From: Candidatus Pacearchaeota archaeon
GTDB lineage: Archaea; Nanobdellota; Nanobdellia; Pacearchaeales; GW2011-AR1
NCBI GenBank assembly: GCA_014728565.1
Contig: WJLK01000035.1
Coordinates: 1-32,896 of the forward strand
Length of the DNA: 32,896 nt
Reading direction: 5' to 3'
The notes under the pieces are model-generated. The model was not told the origin of the DNA and did no database searches. It saw nothing but the letters and a program-made list of their open reading frames with translations. Within the stretch, counting starts at the first letter, position 1. Every line of letters begins with the position of its first letter. The position numbers and the translations under genes are program-made. Positions 1-9,201 of this stretch are shown here, one piece after another.

Positions 1-758
1 AGATTAGTAACATCCTGTTTTACTCTCTTAAAATAATCTCTTGGATTATTTATCATAAAATTAAAATCTTCAAGTTTATCAAGAAAATTCTTTTTAATAA
101 CTGGCAATAATCTATCAACTACTGATTTTTTAGTATTAAGTAACTCAACCCAGACATAATCGCAAAAACTTAACTTCTTAAAAAGTTCTTCTAAATTAGT
201 TATTCCAAGAAAAACAGGACTTATAAAACCATAAACTATGATTCCATGTTTTTCAGCTTCTTTCAAAACTTCAATTCTCTCATCAGGAGTACTTGCATAA
301 GGTTCTATCATTCTACTAAATTCTTTATCCAGAGTATTAATACTCATTCCAAGTTCACAATTTAATTTTTTTAGCAAATCAAAATCTCTTTTAACAAGGG
401 CAGACTTGGTTAAAATTCCTATTGTAAATTTCTTCTTATAAGGACTTTTTGAAATAATATCTAATATTTTTCTTGTAAGTTCATATTTTTCTTCAAGAGG
501 ATTATAACAGTCAGTAACACTGCTCATCCAGATATATCCTGGTTTGTTATCAGCTAACTCTTTTTCAAGCAATTCAGAACAATTAATTTTAACATAACAA
601 AAATCTCCCCAATTCTCAATAATATTCATGAATTTCTTCATAAAAACAGCATAACAATACCTACATCCATGAACACAACCTATATAAGGATTAATAACAT
701 AATCTGTTATCTTACTTTTGTTCATGCATGATTTTGATTTAATAAATTTGGTTTTCAT
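1..758 (-). CDS. Radical SAM protein, SplB/Rv2578c-like (COG1533-type); 3' end runs off the window
   Basis: Not in the ORF track. Manual translation from ATG 758 gives MKTKFIKSKSCMNKSKITDYVINPYIGCVHGCRYCYA..., with CxxxCxxC preceded by INPYxG, then SSVTDCY, ILTKS and IEPYASTPDERI, typical of SPL-like radical SAM enzymes. The frame stays open to the window edge. Confidence 0.9.
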   Translation of the reverse strand, partial: MKTKFIKSKSCMNKSKITDYVINPYIGCVHGCRYCYAVFMKKFMNIIENWGDFCYVKINCSELLEKELADNKPGYIWMSSVTDCYNPLEEKYELTRKILDIISKSPYKKKFTIGILTKSALVKRDFDLLKKLNCELGMSINTLDKEFSRMIEPYASTPDERIEVLKEAEKHGIIVYGFISPVFLGITNLEELFKKLSFCDYVWVELLNTKKSVVDRLLPVIKKNFLDKLEDFNFMINNPRDYFKRVKQDVTN

Positions 759-801
759 CTTCAATAATAAAAAATAAATACTCTCTAATATTTATATTCT
801 T

Positions 802-1545
802 ATGTGGTATCCAGAAAACAGGCATGTTTTAAATGAAACTTTAAACAAATATCTAAAAACAGGAAAGCATAAAAAACCTCTGGCTCTTGATAAAAACTCG
901 AAGTTAAAGAAAGGACAGAACCCCTTACATGGAATAATAGTTCCTCATGCAGGCTACCAGTATTCAGGAGCAGTTGCTGGAACTGCTTTCTCTCTTATTA
1001 AAAAACCTGTTAAAAAAGCTATTGTAATAGGACCTAGCCACTATGTTCATTTATTTGATGCAATGACTACTAATCAACAAGATATTCAAACTCCCCTAGG
1101 AAAAACCAAAACTTTCAATACTGATTTTTTAACTGGAAATATTGAACAGGAACACTCTATTAGTAACCAGTATCCTTTTTTACAAAAACTACATGTAGAA
1201 CAAATAATGCCTCTGATGATTGGAAAAATAACAAACCAGCAAGCCTTAGAAATTGCAAAAAAAATATCAAAAATTAAAGCTCTCTATGTATTTTCAACTG
1301 ACTTAAGTCATTTTCTAGATTATGAAACAGCTGTTAAAAAAGATAAAGAATCAGTAAAAATAATAGAAAATCTAGACAGTGAAAAATTCAGATTCATAGA
1401 TGCCTGTGGTTACTTTCCACTATTAATTTTAAAAGAACTCTGTAAAATTAAAAAAACAAAACCCGAGCTTGTTGAGTATAAAAATTCAGGAGATGTTATT
1501 GGTGATAAAACAAGTGTGGTTGGATATGCGAGCTTCTACTTCTGA
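802..1545 (+). CDS. MEMO1-family protein (AmmeMemoRadiSam protein B-like)
   Basis: Motifs PHAGYQYSG, GPSH, EHS, STDLSH, ACG, NSGD and C-terminal VVGYAS. Confidence 0.92.
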   Translation: MWYPENRHVLNETLNKYLKTGKHKKPLALDKNSKLKKGQNPLHGIIVPHAGYQYSGAVAGTAFSLIKKPVKKAIVIGPSHYVHLFDAMTTNQQDIQTPLGKTKTFNTDFLTGNIEQEHSISNQYPFLQKLHVEQIMPLMIGKITNQQALEIAKKISKIKALYVFSTDLSHFLDYETAVKKDKESVKIIENLDSEKFRFIDACGYFPLLILKELCKIKKTKPELVEYKNSGDVIGDKTSVVGYASFYF

Positions 1546-1566
1546 CAATCTAAAAATCACAATAAT

Positions 1567-1650
1567 AGAAGTAGGAGTGAGTCTGAGTTTTTGGTTTTGA
1601 CAAATAATAATATAAAAGAAGTAAAGGCGAGTTTGAGTTTTTATTTCTGA
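1567..1650 (+). repeat. Two degenerate 34-bp direct repeats, 50-bp period
   Basis: 1567-1600 agaagtaggagtgagtctgagtttttggttttga vs 1617-1650 agaagtaaaggcgagtttgagtttttatttctga; 26/34 identical. Confidence 0.7.
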
Positions 1651-1684
1651 ATAAGTTTAAAAACTAATCAGCATTTATTATACA

Positions 1685-2617
1685 ATGGCTTTATTAGATA
1701 TAATAAACTACCTAGCTGTAATACTCTCAAATCTAAAGTCAGTGATTAACAGCAATATTTACACAAAACTCTCTTTTAACACTATAGCTATAATAATTCT
1801 GGCTTTTGCAACTAAATTTCTTCTAAGCGTATTCTTCAATAGAAGTTTAAAAAGAATAGAAAAGAAAAAATCAATCGAGGATAAAAGAACAAGAAAAACC
1901 AGAATAGAATTCCTAAGAAACATAACAACAACAATAATATTCTTACTAGCAATAACATTTATTCTCCTGCCAATACCAGGATTTAAAACCTTTTCATATT
2001 CTATACTGGCAGGAGCAGGTATAGCTGCTATTATAATAGGTTTTGCAGCTCAAAAAACACTTGCAAATATTTTTTCAGGAATATCTGTTGCCTTATACTC
2101 TCCGTTTAGGATTGGAGACAGGCTAAAAATAGGTGAAGAATTTGGTGATGTTGAAGAAATTAACCTTAGACACACTATTATCAGGACATGGGATAACAGA
2201 AGAATAATAATACCCAACTCCATAATATCTGAAAGAGAGATTGTTAATTATAGTTTAAAAGAAGAGAGATTACTCTGGTCAGTAAATATGGGAATCAGCT
2301 ATGATTCAGACATTGAAAAAGCTAAAAAAATCATGCTAAAACTTGCAAAAAAACATCCTAATGTAATAATGCCTGAGATAAAAGATGAGGATGGAAATAT
2401 AGAAAAAAAACAACCAGTTGTGAGGGTAACTGAATGCAAAGATTTTTCAATTAACCTAAAACTATTTTTCTGGGTTGAAAAACCAGGAAAAGCATGGGTC
2501 ACAGGATTTGATCTTATTGAACAGATAAAAAAGGAATTTGACAAACAAGGAATTGAGATTCCATTTCCTTACAGAACCATTGTTTATAAAAAAGATTTAG
2601 ATAGAAAAAAGAGATAA
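1685..2617 (+). CDS. mscS: Small-conductance mechanosensitive channel
   Basis: N-terminal TM helices, GIAAIIIGFAAQKTLANIFSG, PFRIGD, GDVEEINLRHT, IIIPNS and GIEIPFP. Confidence 0.95.
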   Translation: MALLDIINYLAVILSNLKSVINSNIYTKLSFNTIAIIILAFATKFLLSVFFNRSLKRIEKKKSIEDKRTRKTRIEFLRNITTTIIFLLAITFILLPIPGFKTFSYSILAGAGIAAIIIGFAAQKTLANIFSGISVALYSPFRIGDRLKIGEEFGDVEEINLRHTIIRTWDNRRIIIPNSIISEREIVNYSLKEERLLWSVNMGISYDSDIEKAKKIMLKLAKKHPNVIMPEIKDEDGNIEKKQPVVRVTECKDFSINLKLFFWVEKPGKAWVTGFDLIEQIKKEFDKQGIEIPFPYRTIVYKKDLDRKKR

Positions 2618-2619
2618 AA

Positions 2620-2702
2620 AAATGATTTAAACATATTAAAATAGCTGCTACTCCTAAGCCTAAAAATAAGATTCCTAATAAAGTTTAATAGTAAATTTTC
2701 AT
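2620..2702 (-). pseudogene. Possible remnant of a small membrane-protein gene
   Basis: GGAGG then ATG at 2702 reads MKIYY*TLLGILFLGLGVAAILICLNHFF; an in-frame TAA (2685-2687) precedes a clean TM-like stretch. Confidence 0.35.
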
Positions 2703-2714
2703 ATCCTCCATTAG

Positions 2715-3863
2715 TCAAATCCATTTTTTTCTCTTAAAATAAATAATCATTATCAGAGCAACAAGAATCATAATTCCCCATACAATGAAATAAGCCCACT
2801 TATAACCTAATTCAGGCATATACTCAAAATTCATTCCATAAATTCCAGCAATGAAAGTCAGTGGGATGAAAATAGTGGCTATTATTGTCAAAACCTTCAT
2901 AACCTCGTTCATTTTATTGCTTGTTATTGAAAGATACAAATCCTGAAGTCCTGAAAGCATGTCTCGGTAAGTATCTATAATATCAAGAACCTGAATTTCA
3001 TGATCATAAACATCCTTAATATAAGTCTTTGTCTCTTTTTTTATTAATTTTGAATCTGTTCTTTGTAAGCTATTAATAACCTCCCTCAATGGAAGAACAA
3101 ATTTCCTTACTAAAATTAACTCCCTTTTTAGACCATAAATAATATTAAGGGTTTTTGAATTAGAGTCGAGCATTAAATTTTCTTCAATTTTTCCAATCTG
3201 TTCTCCAAGATTTTCCAATACTAAAAAATAATTATCAACCACTAAATCAACTAATGCGTAATTTAAATAATCTTGATTCAATAATCTTACTCTTTTAGAT
3301 CTAATACGGTTTCTTATAGGCTCAAACACATCACCCTCTTTTTCCTGAAAAGATATAACAAAACCCTCTCCAAGAACAATACTCATTTGCTCTGTTTTTA
3401 TCTGATTTTTTTCTTCATCATAATATATCATTTTCATTACCTGAAATATATTATTATCAAACTCCTCTAATTTAGGCCTCTGGTTAGTATTAACAACATC
3501 CTCTAACAGCAAAGGATGAAGATTAAAATAATCCCCTATTTTCCGAATAACCTCGGTGTTATGTATCCCTATAATATTTATCCAGGTTACGCTTTTTTTA
3601 TCTCTATACTTAAAAACATCTTCAACTTTTTTTGCTTCAAACTCCTGTACATTTGATTTAGTATAGTCTATCACATGGATTTTGATTGGTTCTTGTCTCT
3701 CTTTTCCAACATATACTAAAGTTCCAGGAGATTTCCCTAACTTTTCCTTAGATGCCTTAGGCGAGATTTTTGTAAGATTTAAGGGATTTATAAAACCAAA
3801 AGGGTTTTCAGAAATCTTTTTTAAAAATCTTATATTTCTCTTTGTTTTTTTTAGGATACCCAT
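2715..3863 (-). CDS. corA: CorA Mg2+/Co2+ transporter
   Basis: GKSPGTLVYVG, LHPLLLEDVVNTNQRPKLEEF, NKMNEVMKVLT and GIYGMNFEYMPEL signature. ATG 3863 preferred over the track start at 3881. Confidence 0.96.
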   Translation of the reverse strand: MGILKKTKRNIRFLKKISENPFGFINPLNLTKISPKASKEKLGKSPGTLVYVGKERQEPIKIHVIDYTKSNVQEFEAKKVEDVFKYRDKKSVTWINIIGIHNTEVIRKIGDYFNLHPLLLEDVVNTNQRPKLEEFDNNIFQVMKMIYYDEEKNQIKTEQMSIVLGEGFVISFQEKEGDVFEPIRNRIRSKRVRLLNQDYLNYALVDLVVDNYFLVLENLGEQIGKIEENLMLDSNSKTLNIIYGLKRELILVRKFVLPLREVINSLQRTDSKLIKKETKTYIKDVYDHEIQVLDIIDTYRDMLSGLQDLYLSITSNKMNEVMKVLTIIATIFIPLTFIAGIYGMNFEYMPELGYKWAYFIVWGIMILVALIMIIYFKRKKWI

Positions 3864-3954
3864 AATAATGACAGTAAACACTTAATTATAAAATTATCTT
3901 TTGATCTTAGAAAAATATTATGCTAAAAGAAAACATTAACAATTCATTTTAGTT

Positions 3955-4401
3955 CTAAGCAATAGCCTTTAAACCATCACCCTGTTTTCTAGGAATAACA
4001 TGTATATGTGCATGTTCAACTACCTGGCCAGAAGATTCTCCAACATTAACAGCTACATTAAAACCATCTCCTTTCCCTTCATTAATTAAATTTAATCCAA
4101 TTTTTTTAATATCATCCAGCATCTCACTTGCTAGACTATTGGGGATATCTAAAATATCTTTATAATGCTGTTTAGGAACAATCAGTGTATGTCCTGATGC
4201 TTTAGGATTATTATCAAGAAAGGCAAGAAAATTTTTACTTTCATATATTTTGTCTGCAGGAACCTCTCCTCTTACAATCTTACAAAAAATACACTCACTA
4301 TCCTCAGAAACACCAGCTTCCTCTCTTAAACTATTTAACCCTTCCTCGTCTTTTTTTATTCTCTCCTCAATTTCCTTTATTCTTTTTTCAGCCTCATCCA
4401 T
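3955..4401 (-). CDS. HIT-family nucleotide hydrolase (Hint-like) with short N-terminal coiled coil
   Basis: CIFCKIV, GHTLIVPK, GQVVEHAHIHVIPR histidine triad. Confidence 0.95.
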   Translation of the reverse strand: MDEAEKRIKEIEERIKKDEEGLNSLREEAGVSEDSECIFCKIVRGEVPADKIYESKNFLAFLDNNPKASGHTLIVPKQHYKDILDIPNSLASEMLDDIKKIGLNLINEGKGDGFNVAVNVGESSGQVVEHAHIHVIPRKQGDGLKAIA

Positions 4402-4445
4402 GTTAATTTAAGTTTAAATATATTTTTAAATATTTTTATTCTATT

Positions 4446-4700
4446 TTACAAAGGTTGTCCAAATTCATCCCCTGCAAGACATCCATCCTCATCTACATAA
4501 AAACCTCTTTCTGAGTCATAAGATAAATTCCTCTGTCTTGCAGCTTCTCTGTTTACAGAATCCTCAACAGGAAGGTCAGGATCAAAATCAGTATCAGATA
4601 AAACAACATACTGAAAATCAGATATCCAAACCTGAGGAGCTTGAAAATTAGAAGTAACTAATAAAGCTGGTCTTCCATTATATAATATCTCCTGTTTCAT
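4446..4700 (-). CDS. Hypothetical acidic protein, 84 aa
   Basis: ATG-started ORF filling the gap; no recognised motif. Confidence 0.6.
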   Translation of the reverse strand: MKQEILYNGRPALLVTSNFQAPQVWISDFQYVVLSDTDFDPDLPVEDSVNREAARQRNLSYDSERGFYVDEDGCLAGDEFGQPL

Positions 4701-4754
4701 ACTTATTCATACAAATAAATATTCTTAAATATTATTATTTTATAATAATATAAA

Positions 4755-4825
4755 GGGCCTGTAGTACAGTGGTAGTACATATCGCTGGCAGCGATAAGAC
4801 CTGAGTTCAATTCTCAGCAGGTCCA
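4755..4825 (+). tRNA. tRNA-Ala(GGC)
   Basis: Acceptor GGGCCTG/CAGGTCC with G3:U70 identity pair, anticodon arm TATCG-CTGGCAG-CGATA, T loop TTCAATT. No encoded CCA; T-tract follows. Confidence 0.96.
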
Positions 4826-4853
4826 TTTTTCCTTTTTTTCTAAAAAAATGGAG

Positions 4854-5372
4854 CTATGAAGCTTTAGTTTCAGCATGTCCATACTTTTTCCACTCAAATT
4901 TCTCATTGCTATCTTCATTTAAAATTCTATCCAGCATAACCAATTCCTCATAAATACCCTCTATTAAATCATAATTTTTAGACTCCTCTAAACTCACCCA
5001 TTTATAATCAACCAGTGAACTAGCTAGTTTTATGTCTTCATCAACAGGCTCTGCATATAAACTTACTATTATGCATGGAATTTCATCATCTCTGATATAA
5101 ACCATACTAGTAACATAACCAATATTTCTAATATCCAGATTAACTTCCTCTTTTACCTCTCTTTTCAAAAGATTCTCAAAAACATTATACCAGTGATGTT
5201 TTGTATCTCTCTCTCTTAAAACATAATCTAAAATCTCTAATTTTCCTCCGGGAACTGTCCATTTTCCAGGAAAAGCTTTCTCCCAGTCAGCTCTTCTAGC
5301 TATTAAATATTTTCCATTTTTAACAAGAATGCCTGTTACTGAAACATAGTGCGCTTTTAATCTATCATACAT
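4854..5372 (-). CDS. Nudix hydrolase with an insertion inside the Nudix box
   Basis: YLIARR...FPGKWTVPGGKLE...(insert)...LKREVKEEVNL and YKWVS. Confidence 0.9.
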   Translation of the reverse strand: MYDRLKAHYVSVTGILVKNGKYLIARRADWEKAFPGKWTVPGGKLEILDYVLRERDTKHHWYNVFENLLKREVKEEVNLDIRNIGYVTSMVYIRDDEIPCIIVSLYAEPVDEDIKLASSLVDYKWVSLEESKNYDLIEGIYEELVMLDRILNEDSNEKFEWKKYGHAETKAS

Positions 5373-5445
5373 TTTTTACTACAATAGTCTTTATAATCCA
5401 AAAATCCATTTACTTTATTTAAATAATTCCTCAAAACTTTTGACT

Positions 5446-6063
5446 ATGGAACAATCAATTTTAAATCTATTTTTATTCCACAATAAATTAAAATTCAGTG
5501 ATATCCAGAAAAATCTGAAAACAAGGTCTAATAAACTTGCCTATCATCTTAAAAAACTTGTAGACAAACAAATTTTGATAAAACAAAAAGACTTTTACAT
5601 GACAAGCGATATTTTTGAATATCTAATACCTTATATCTCTGATAAAAAAGCTGTTCTTCCAGTAATATTAATATTTATTGGAAACTCAAAAAAAGCCTTT
5701 CTCTTTAAAAGAGATAAAAAACCCTATAGAGACTATCTCTCTCTTCCAGGAGGAAGATTACTTATTCAGGAATCAATTAAAAATGCAGCTAAAAGAATAA
5801 TGAGAGAAAAATTCAACATTCCTGTTAAGATAAATAAAATAAAATCAGTAAGTTTAGAGCAAGTAAAAAAATCCAATAAAATCCTTCATTCATTTCTGCT
5901 TATTTTCATCTCTGCAGAATCTCAAAAACCAATTCAGCTAACAGATGTTAAAAAAAACAAATCAAAAATAATTCCCAGTGATTATGAACTAATAACTAGC
6001 AAAGATTCAGAAATAAAAATAAAAACAATAGAATCAAAACTCAAAGAGTTTTTGAATAATTAA
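5446..6063 (+). CDS. Winged-HTH plus degenerate Nudix-domain protein (putative regulator)
   Basis: N-terminal LKFSDIQKNLKTRSNKLAYHLKKLVDKQIL (ArsR/MarR-like wHTH); C-terminal KRDKKPYRDYLSLPGGRLLIQESIKNAAKRIMREK. ATG 5446 preferred. Confidence 0.8.
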   Translation: MEQSILNLFLFHNKLKFSDIQKNLKTRSNKLAYHLKKLVDKQILIKQKDFYMTSDIFEYLIPYISDKKAVLPVILIFIGNSKKAFLFKRDKKPYRDYLSLPGGRLLIQESIKNAAKRIMREKFNIPVKINKIKSVSLEQVKKSNKILHSFLLIFISAESQKPIQLTDVKKNKSKIIPSDYELITSKDSEIKIKTIESKLKEFLNN

Positions 6064-6069
6064 ATTTGA

Positions 6070-6384
6070 TTACTTTAAAACCCTCTTCAACAAACTCCTT
6101 GCTTTTCTTGACCTAAAAAAGTCAATCTCCTCTCTTAAAACAGGCTTTAGAGGGTCTAAAAATTTTTCAGGAGCACCCTGATAAGTTATTTTATCTTCTC
6201 TCCAAGTCTCACCTCTTTCTCGGTAATACTCAAATTTATATCCTCCAATTATTATTCTAACTCTGTCAGAAGCTGTAAAATTCCCTTGAAAATCCATATA
6301 AGTAACAACTACATAAAAAAATCCTCCAAAATTATTTGGACATCTCCATATACATTCTTCAGAAACAATTCTCGATTCTAACAT
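6070..6384 (-). CDS. Hypothetical protein, 104 aa
   Basis: ATG-started ORF with an upstream TATA-like element; no recognised motif. Confidence 0.6.
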   Translation of the reverse strand: MLESRIVSEECIWRCPNNFGGFFYVVVTYMDFQGNFTASDRVRIIIGGYKFEYYRERGETWREDKITYQGAPEKFLDPLKPVLREEIDFFRSRKARSLLKRVLK

Positions 6385-6430
6385 GTTAAATACCCATCAA
6401 GAAACTTTATAAAAATTATTGCATAAAAGA

Positions 6431-8647
6431 TTACTTCACTCTTGTCTCAACCAGCTTACCAGCTTTTTCAAAATCTATCTCTTTGTTAATAAGTTTTCTA
6501 AAAATCTCCCTTAGATTTTTTATAGAAACCCTTACCTGTTTTGTACTGTCTCTATCTCTTATTGTTATGTCTTTCTGAACAGGAGTCTTATCATCAATAG
6601 TTATGCAATAAGGAGTTCCTATAATATCATTTCTGGCATATCTTCTTCCAATTGCTCCTCTCCTATCATAAATAACATGAAAATCCTTTCTAAGCTCCCT
6701 TACAATCTCCTCTGCAATTTCTTCATATTCAGGTTTTTTAATAATAGGAAAAACAGCTGCTTTTACAGGAGCTAGTTTACTAGGAATCCTTAAAACAACA
6801 TAATCTCTTTTTTTATCATAAGTATAAGCTTTAGTAAGTATTGCGAGAAAAACTCTTTCCATTCCAAAAGTAGGTTCAATAACTCTTGGAACAGTCTTTT
6901 TTTTGTATTTTTCATCATAAATCTCCATTTTTTCCTTGCTGAATTTTTCATGCTGTTTTAAATCATACTGTCCTCTATTAGCATTTCCAGCAACCTCTTT
7001 GCTTCCGAAACAATACTCATAATCAATATCAAAAGTTGCACTAGAATAATGACTTAACTCATCCTTGGTATGCTCTCTTATTTTTATCTCATTCAATCCA
7101 AGACTCTGAAACCACAATATCTGTTCTGCTAACCAGTAAGCATGCCACTCTCCTAGTTTTTTTTCTTTTAACATATCCCTAATAGAGGTTTCTCTTAAAT
7201 CTTCTCCTGACTTAACCTGTGTCTCAGAATCAAGAAGCTTTAATTTAACATCCAGATGAAAATCATCCAATAAATTACATTTTTCCTCTTCAGGATTTAT
7301 AAAATACTCAAACTCACCAATATGAAACTCCCTGCTTCTGAATAAAAAATCCCTCGGAGCAATCTCATTTCTAAAACATCTTCCAATCTGAGCAATACCA
7401 AAGGGCAATTGCATTCTAGAAGTCTGCTGTATAATTTTAAAATCCATAAACATTCCCTGGGCTGTCTCTCCTCTTAGATAGGCATCAGAAGCATCTAAAG
7501 CACCCACCTTTGTCTTAAACATAAGGCTAAACTCTCCCTGAACCTCAAACTCTCCACCACATTCACAATTTACTTTTCCAACCTCTGACTTATCAAGTTT
7601 AGTTGATTTCTTGCAGTTCTTGCATATAACAGCAACATCACTAAAACTAGATATATGCCCAGAAGCCTCCCATGTCTTAGGATGACTTATAACAGAAGCT
7701 TCCATTCCAACCATATCCTCTCTTGATTTAACAAAAAAATTCCACCAATCCTGCCTAATGTTATTAAACAGCTCTACCCCTAAAGGACCAAAATCCCAGA
7801 ATCCTGCAAAACCTCCGTAAATATCTGAACTTCTAAAAACAAAACCCTTTTCCTTGCAAAAATTAGCAAGTTCCTCTATTGTCAGTTCTTTTTCTTCTAT
7901 AGATATTTCCTGAGTATCTTCCTGCTCTGAATTTTGCATTTTTATCTCATATTCCCATCCTGCCTGCCAGGCTCTGTTTTTTCTCCAGTCTTCCTCAATT
8001 GCCTGTTTCCAGGTTTTTCCTTTTGTCAAAACTTCCAAAGCTAACTGAGGAGCCTTATGTGAAACAATAGCAACTTTTTTTCCATTGTAATTTTTCCTCA
8101 AGAATTCAAGAAAATCAGAAACTCTTTTTTCAACATCTCTAAGACTCTCTCCTCTGGGAAAATTTTTTTCTATATGCTCCTCATAAATAACTTTTTCCTC
8201 ACCTGCCTGATTTAAATCACCATAATCACACTCTCTTAACCTCTTATCCTGAATTATCCTATATTTATCACCAAAACTAATTTCAGCAGAGTCAACAGCT
8301 CTTTTTAAATCAGAACAAAACACAACATCAAAATCTTTTTCCCTGATCTGTTTAGTTAACTCTTCTGATTGTTTAATTCCAGTCTCAGATAACTCTCCAT
8401 GAGCCTGACCAGTAGAAATTCCATTTTCATTATCTTTAGTTGTTCCATGAACAAAATAAGTTATCTTAACTCCTAAATCTTGTTTTTCTTTTTCCTCCAT
8501 CTTTATCTCCTCTGCTTTTTTTTCAGCCTCATCTTTATCCTTGCCTAGATAAGCAATACACTTGCTTGTAACTTTATCACCATCCCTTATGCTCTTTTGC
8601 AGATAATAATAATCCTTTCCACTTATATTTTTCTTAACAATATACAT
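6431..8647 (-). CDS. glyS: Glycine--tRNA ligase (alpha2, archaeal/eukaryal type) fused to an N-terminal histidine-phosphatase domain and a small beta-rich N-terminal module
   Basis: GlyRS: IYGGFAGFWDFGPLG, WEASGH, YLRGETAQG, LPFGIAQIGRCFRNEIAPR, ELSHYS, VIEPTFGMER and anticodon domain GAIGRRYARND. Phosphatase: YFVHGTT, SDLKRA, LRECDYGDL, GESL, IVSH. Confidence 0.95.
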   Translation of the reverse strand: MYIVKKNISGKDYYYLQKSIRDGDKVTSKCIAYLGKDKDEAEKKAEEIKMEEKEKQDLGVKITYFVHGTTKDNENGISTGQAHGELSETGIKQSEELTKQIREKDFDVVFCSDLKRAVDSAEISFGDKYRIIQDKRLRECDYGDLNQAGEEKVIYEEHIEKNFPRGESLRDVEKRVSDFLEFLRKNYNGKKVAIVSHKAPQLALEVLTKGKTWKQAIEEDWRKNRAWQAGWEYEIKMQNSEQEDTQEISIEEKELTIEELANFCKEKGFVFRSSDIYGGFAGFWDFGPLGVELFNNIRQDWWNFFVKSREDMVGMEASVISHPKTWEASGHISSFSDVAVICKNCKKSTKLDKSEVGKVNCECGGEFEVQGEFSLMFKTKVGALDASDAYLRGETAQGMFMDFKIIQQTSRMQLPFGIAQIGRCFRNEIAPRDFLFRSREFHIGEFEYFINPEEEKCNLLDDFHLDVKLKLLDSETQVKSGEDLRETSIRDMLKEKKLGEWHAYWLAEQILWFQSLGLNEIKIREHTKDELSHYSSATFDIDYEYCFGSKEVAGNANRGQYDLKQHEKFSKEKMEIYDEKYKKKTVPRVIEPTFGMERVFLAILTKAYTYDKKRDYVVLRIPSKLAPVKAAVFPIIKKPEYEEIAEEIVRELRKDFHVIYDRRGAIGRRYARNDIIGTPYCITIDDKTPVQKDITIRDRDSTKQVRVSIKNLREIFRKLINKEIDFEKAGKLVETRVK

Positions 8648-8718
8648 AACTTACCCACTACAGAATAGTTTTTAAAGATTTTTATACTATCTCTCTTTTC
8701 CAGGAATTTCAGGAAATT

Positions 8719-8811
8719 TCAATAAAAACAAACCATTGAATTTCTTCTTGATAATAATTCAACAAATTTTTCTGTGAATCTCTGATAATCATCAACAGTT
8801 AATATTCTCAT
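8719..8811 (-). pseudogene. Short ORF or gene fragment (30 aa)
   Basis: ATG 8811 lies immediately after the stop of the 8814-9149 gene; reads MRILTVDDYQRFTEKFVELLSRRNSMVCFY*. Confidence 0.3.
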
Positions 8812-8813
8812 TT

Positions 8814-9149
8814 TCAACTATTAAAATCAACTAACTCAGCTGGAAAAGTTCTCTCTCCCTCTTCAACTAACAGATCAGTCAAACAAGAATAACTAACGAA
8901 TGTTTCATCAAAACCAACTTCTTGTATTCTTCTAGGTGACTGAGCATAAAATCCTTCTTCATAATCTCTATCAATCCTAACTCTGACCTGATGCAAAAAA
9001 TCTGACTCAGATTCAACTGAATACAATACCCATTTTCCATCCAATTTCCTAAAAATTTCTCTCCTTACTTCAACACTTTCTTCTAAAGAAACTCTTCTGT
9101 ATCTAAAACAAGAAGAAACAAAAGCAACCTGAGTCCTTGCATCTGCCAT
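8814..9149 (-). CDS. Hypothetical protein, 111 aa
   Basis: ATG-started ORF, Arg/Glu/Val-rich; no recognised motif. Confidence 0.6.
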   Translation of the reverse strand: MADARTQVAFVSSCFRYRRVSLEESVEVRREIFRKLDGKWVLYSVESESDFLHQVRVRIDRDYEEGFYAQSPRRIQEVGFDETFVSYSCLTDLLVEEGERTFPAELVDFNS

Positions 9150-9201
9150 TTAAAAAAACAGATTGCTTATTTAAAAAAATAATTATAAATAAAAACATCT
9201 A

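Noticed and set aside
1..1545. Complete AmmeMemoRadiSam system
   Set aside because: The adjacent radical SAM is SPL-like rather than the PflA-like partner, and no AMMECR1 gene is visible in the window.
1567..1650. CRISPR array
   Set aside because: Only two degenerate units with a 16-nt gap, and no cas genes.
2685..2687. Stop-codon reassignment suggested by the in-frame TAA
   Set aside because: TAA, TAG and TGA all terminate conserved genes normally in this window.
8719..8811. Response-regulator receiver domain (MRILTVDD)
   Set aside because: Only 30 codons, with no phospho-acceptor Asp or conserved Lys; resemblance too short to call.
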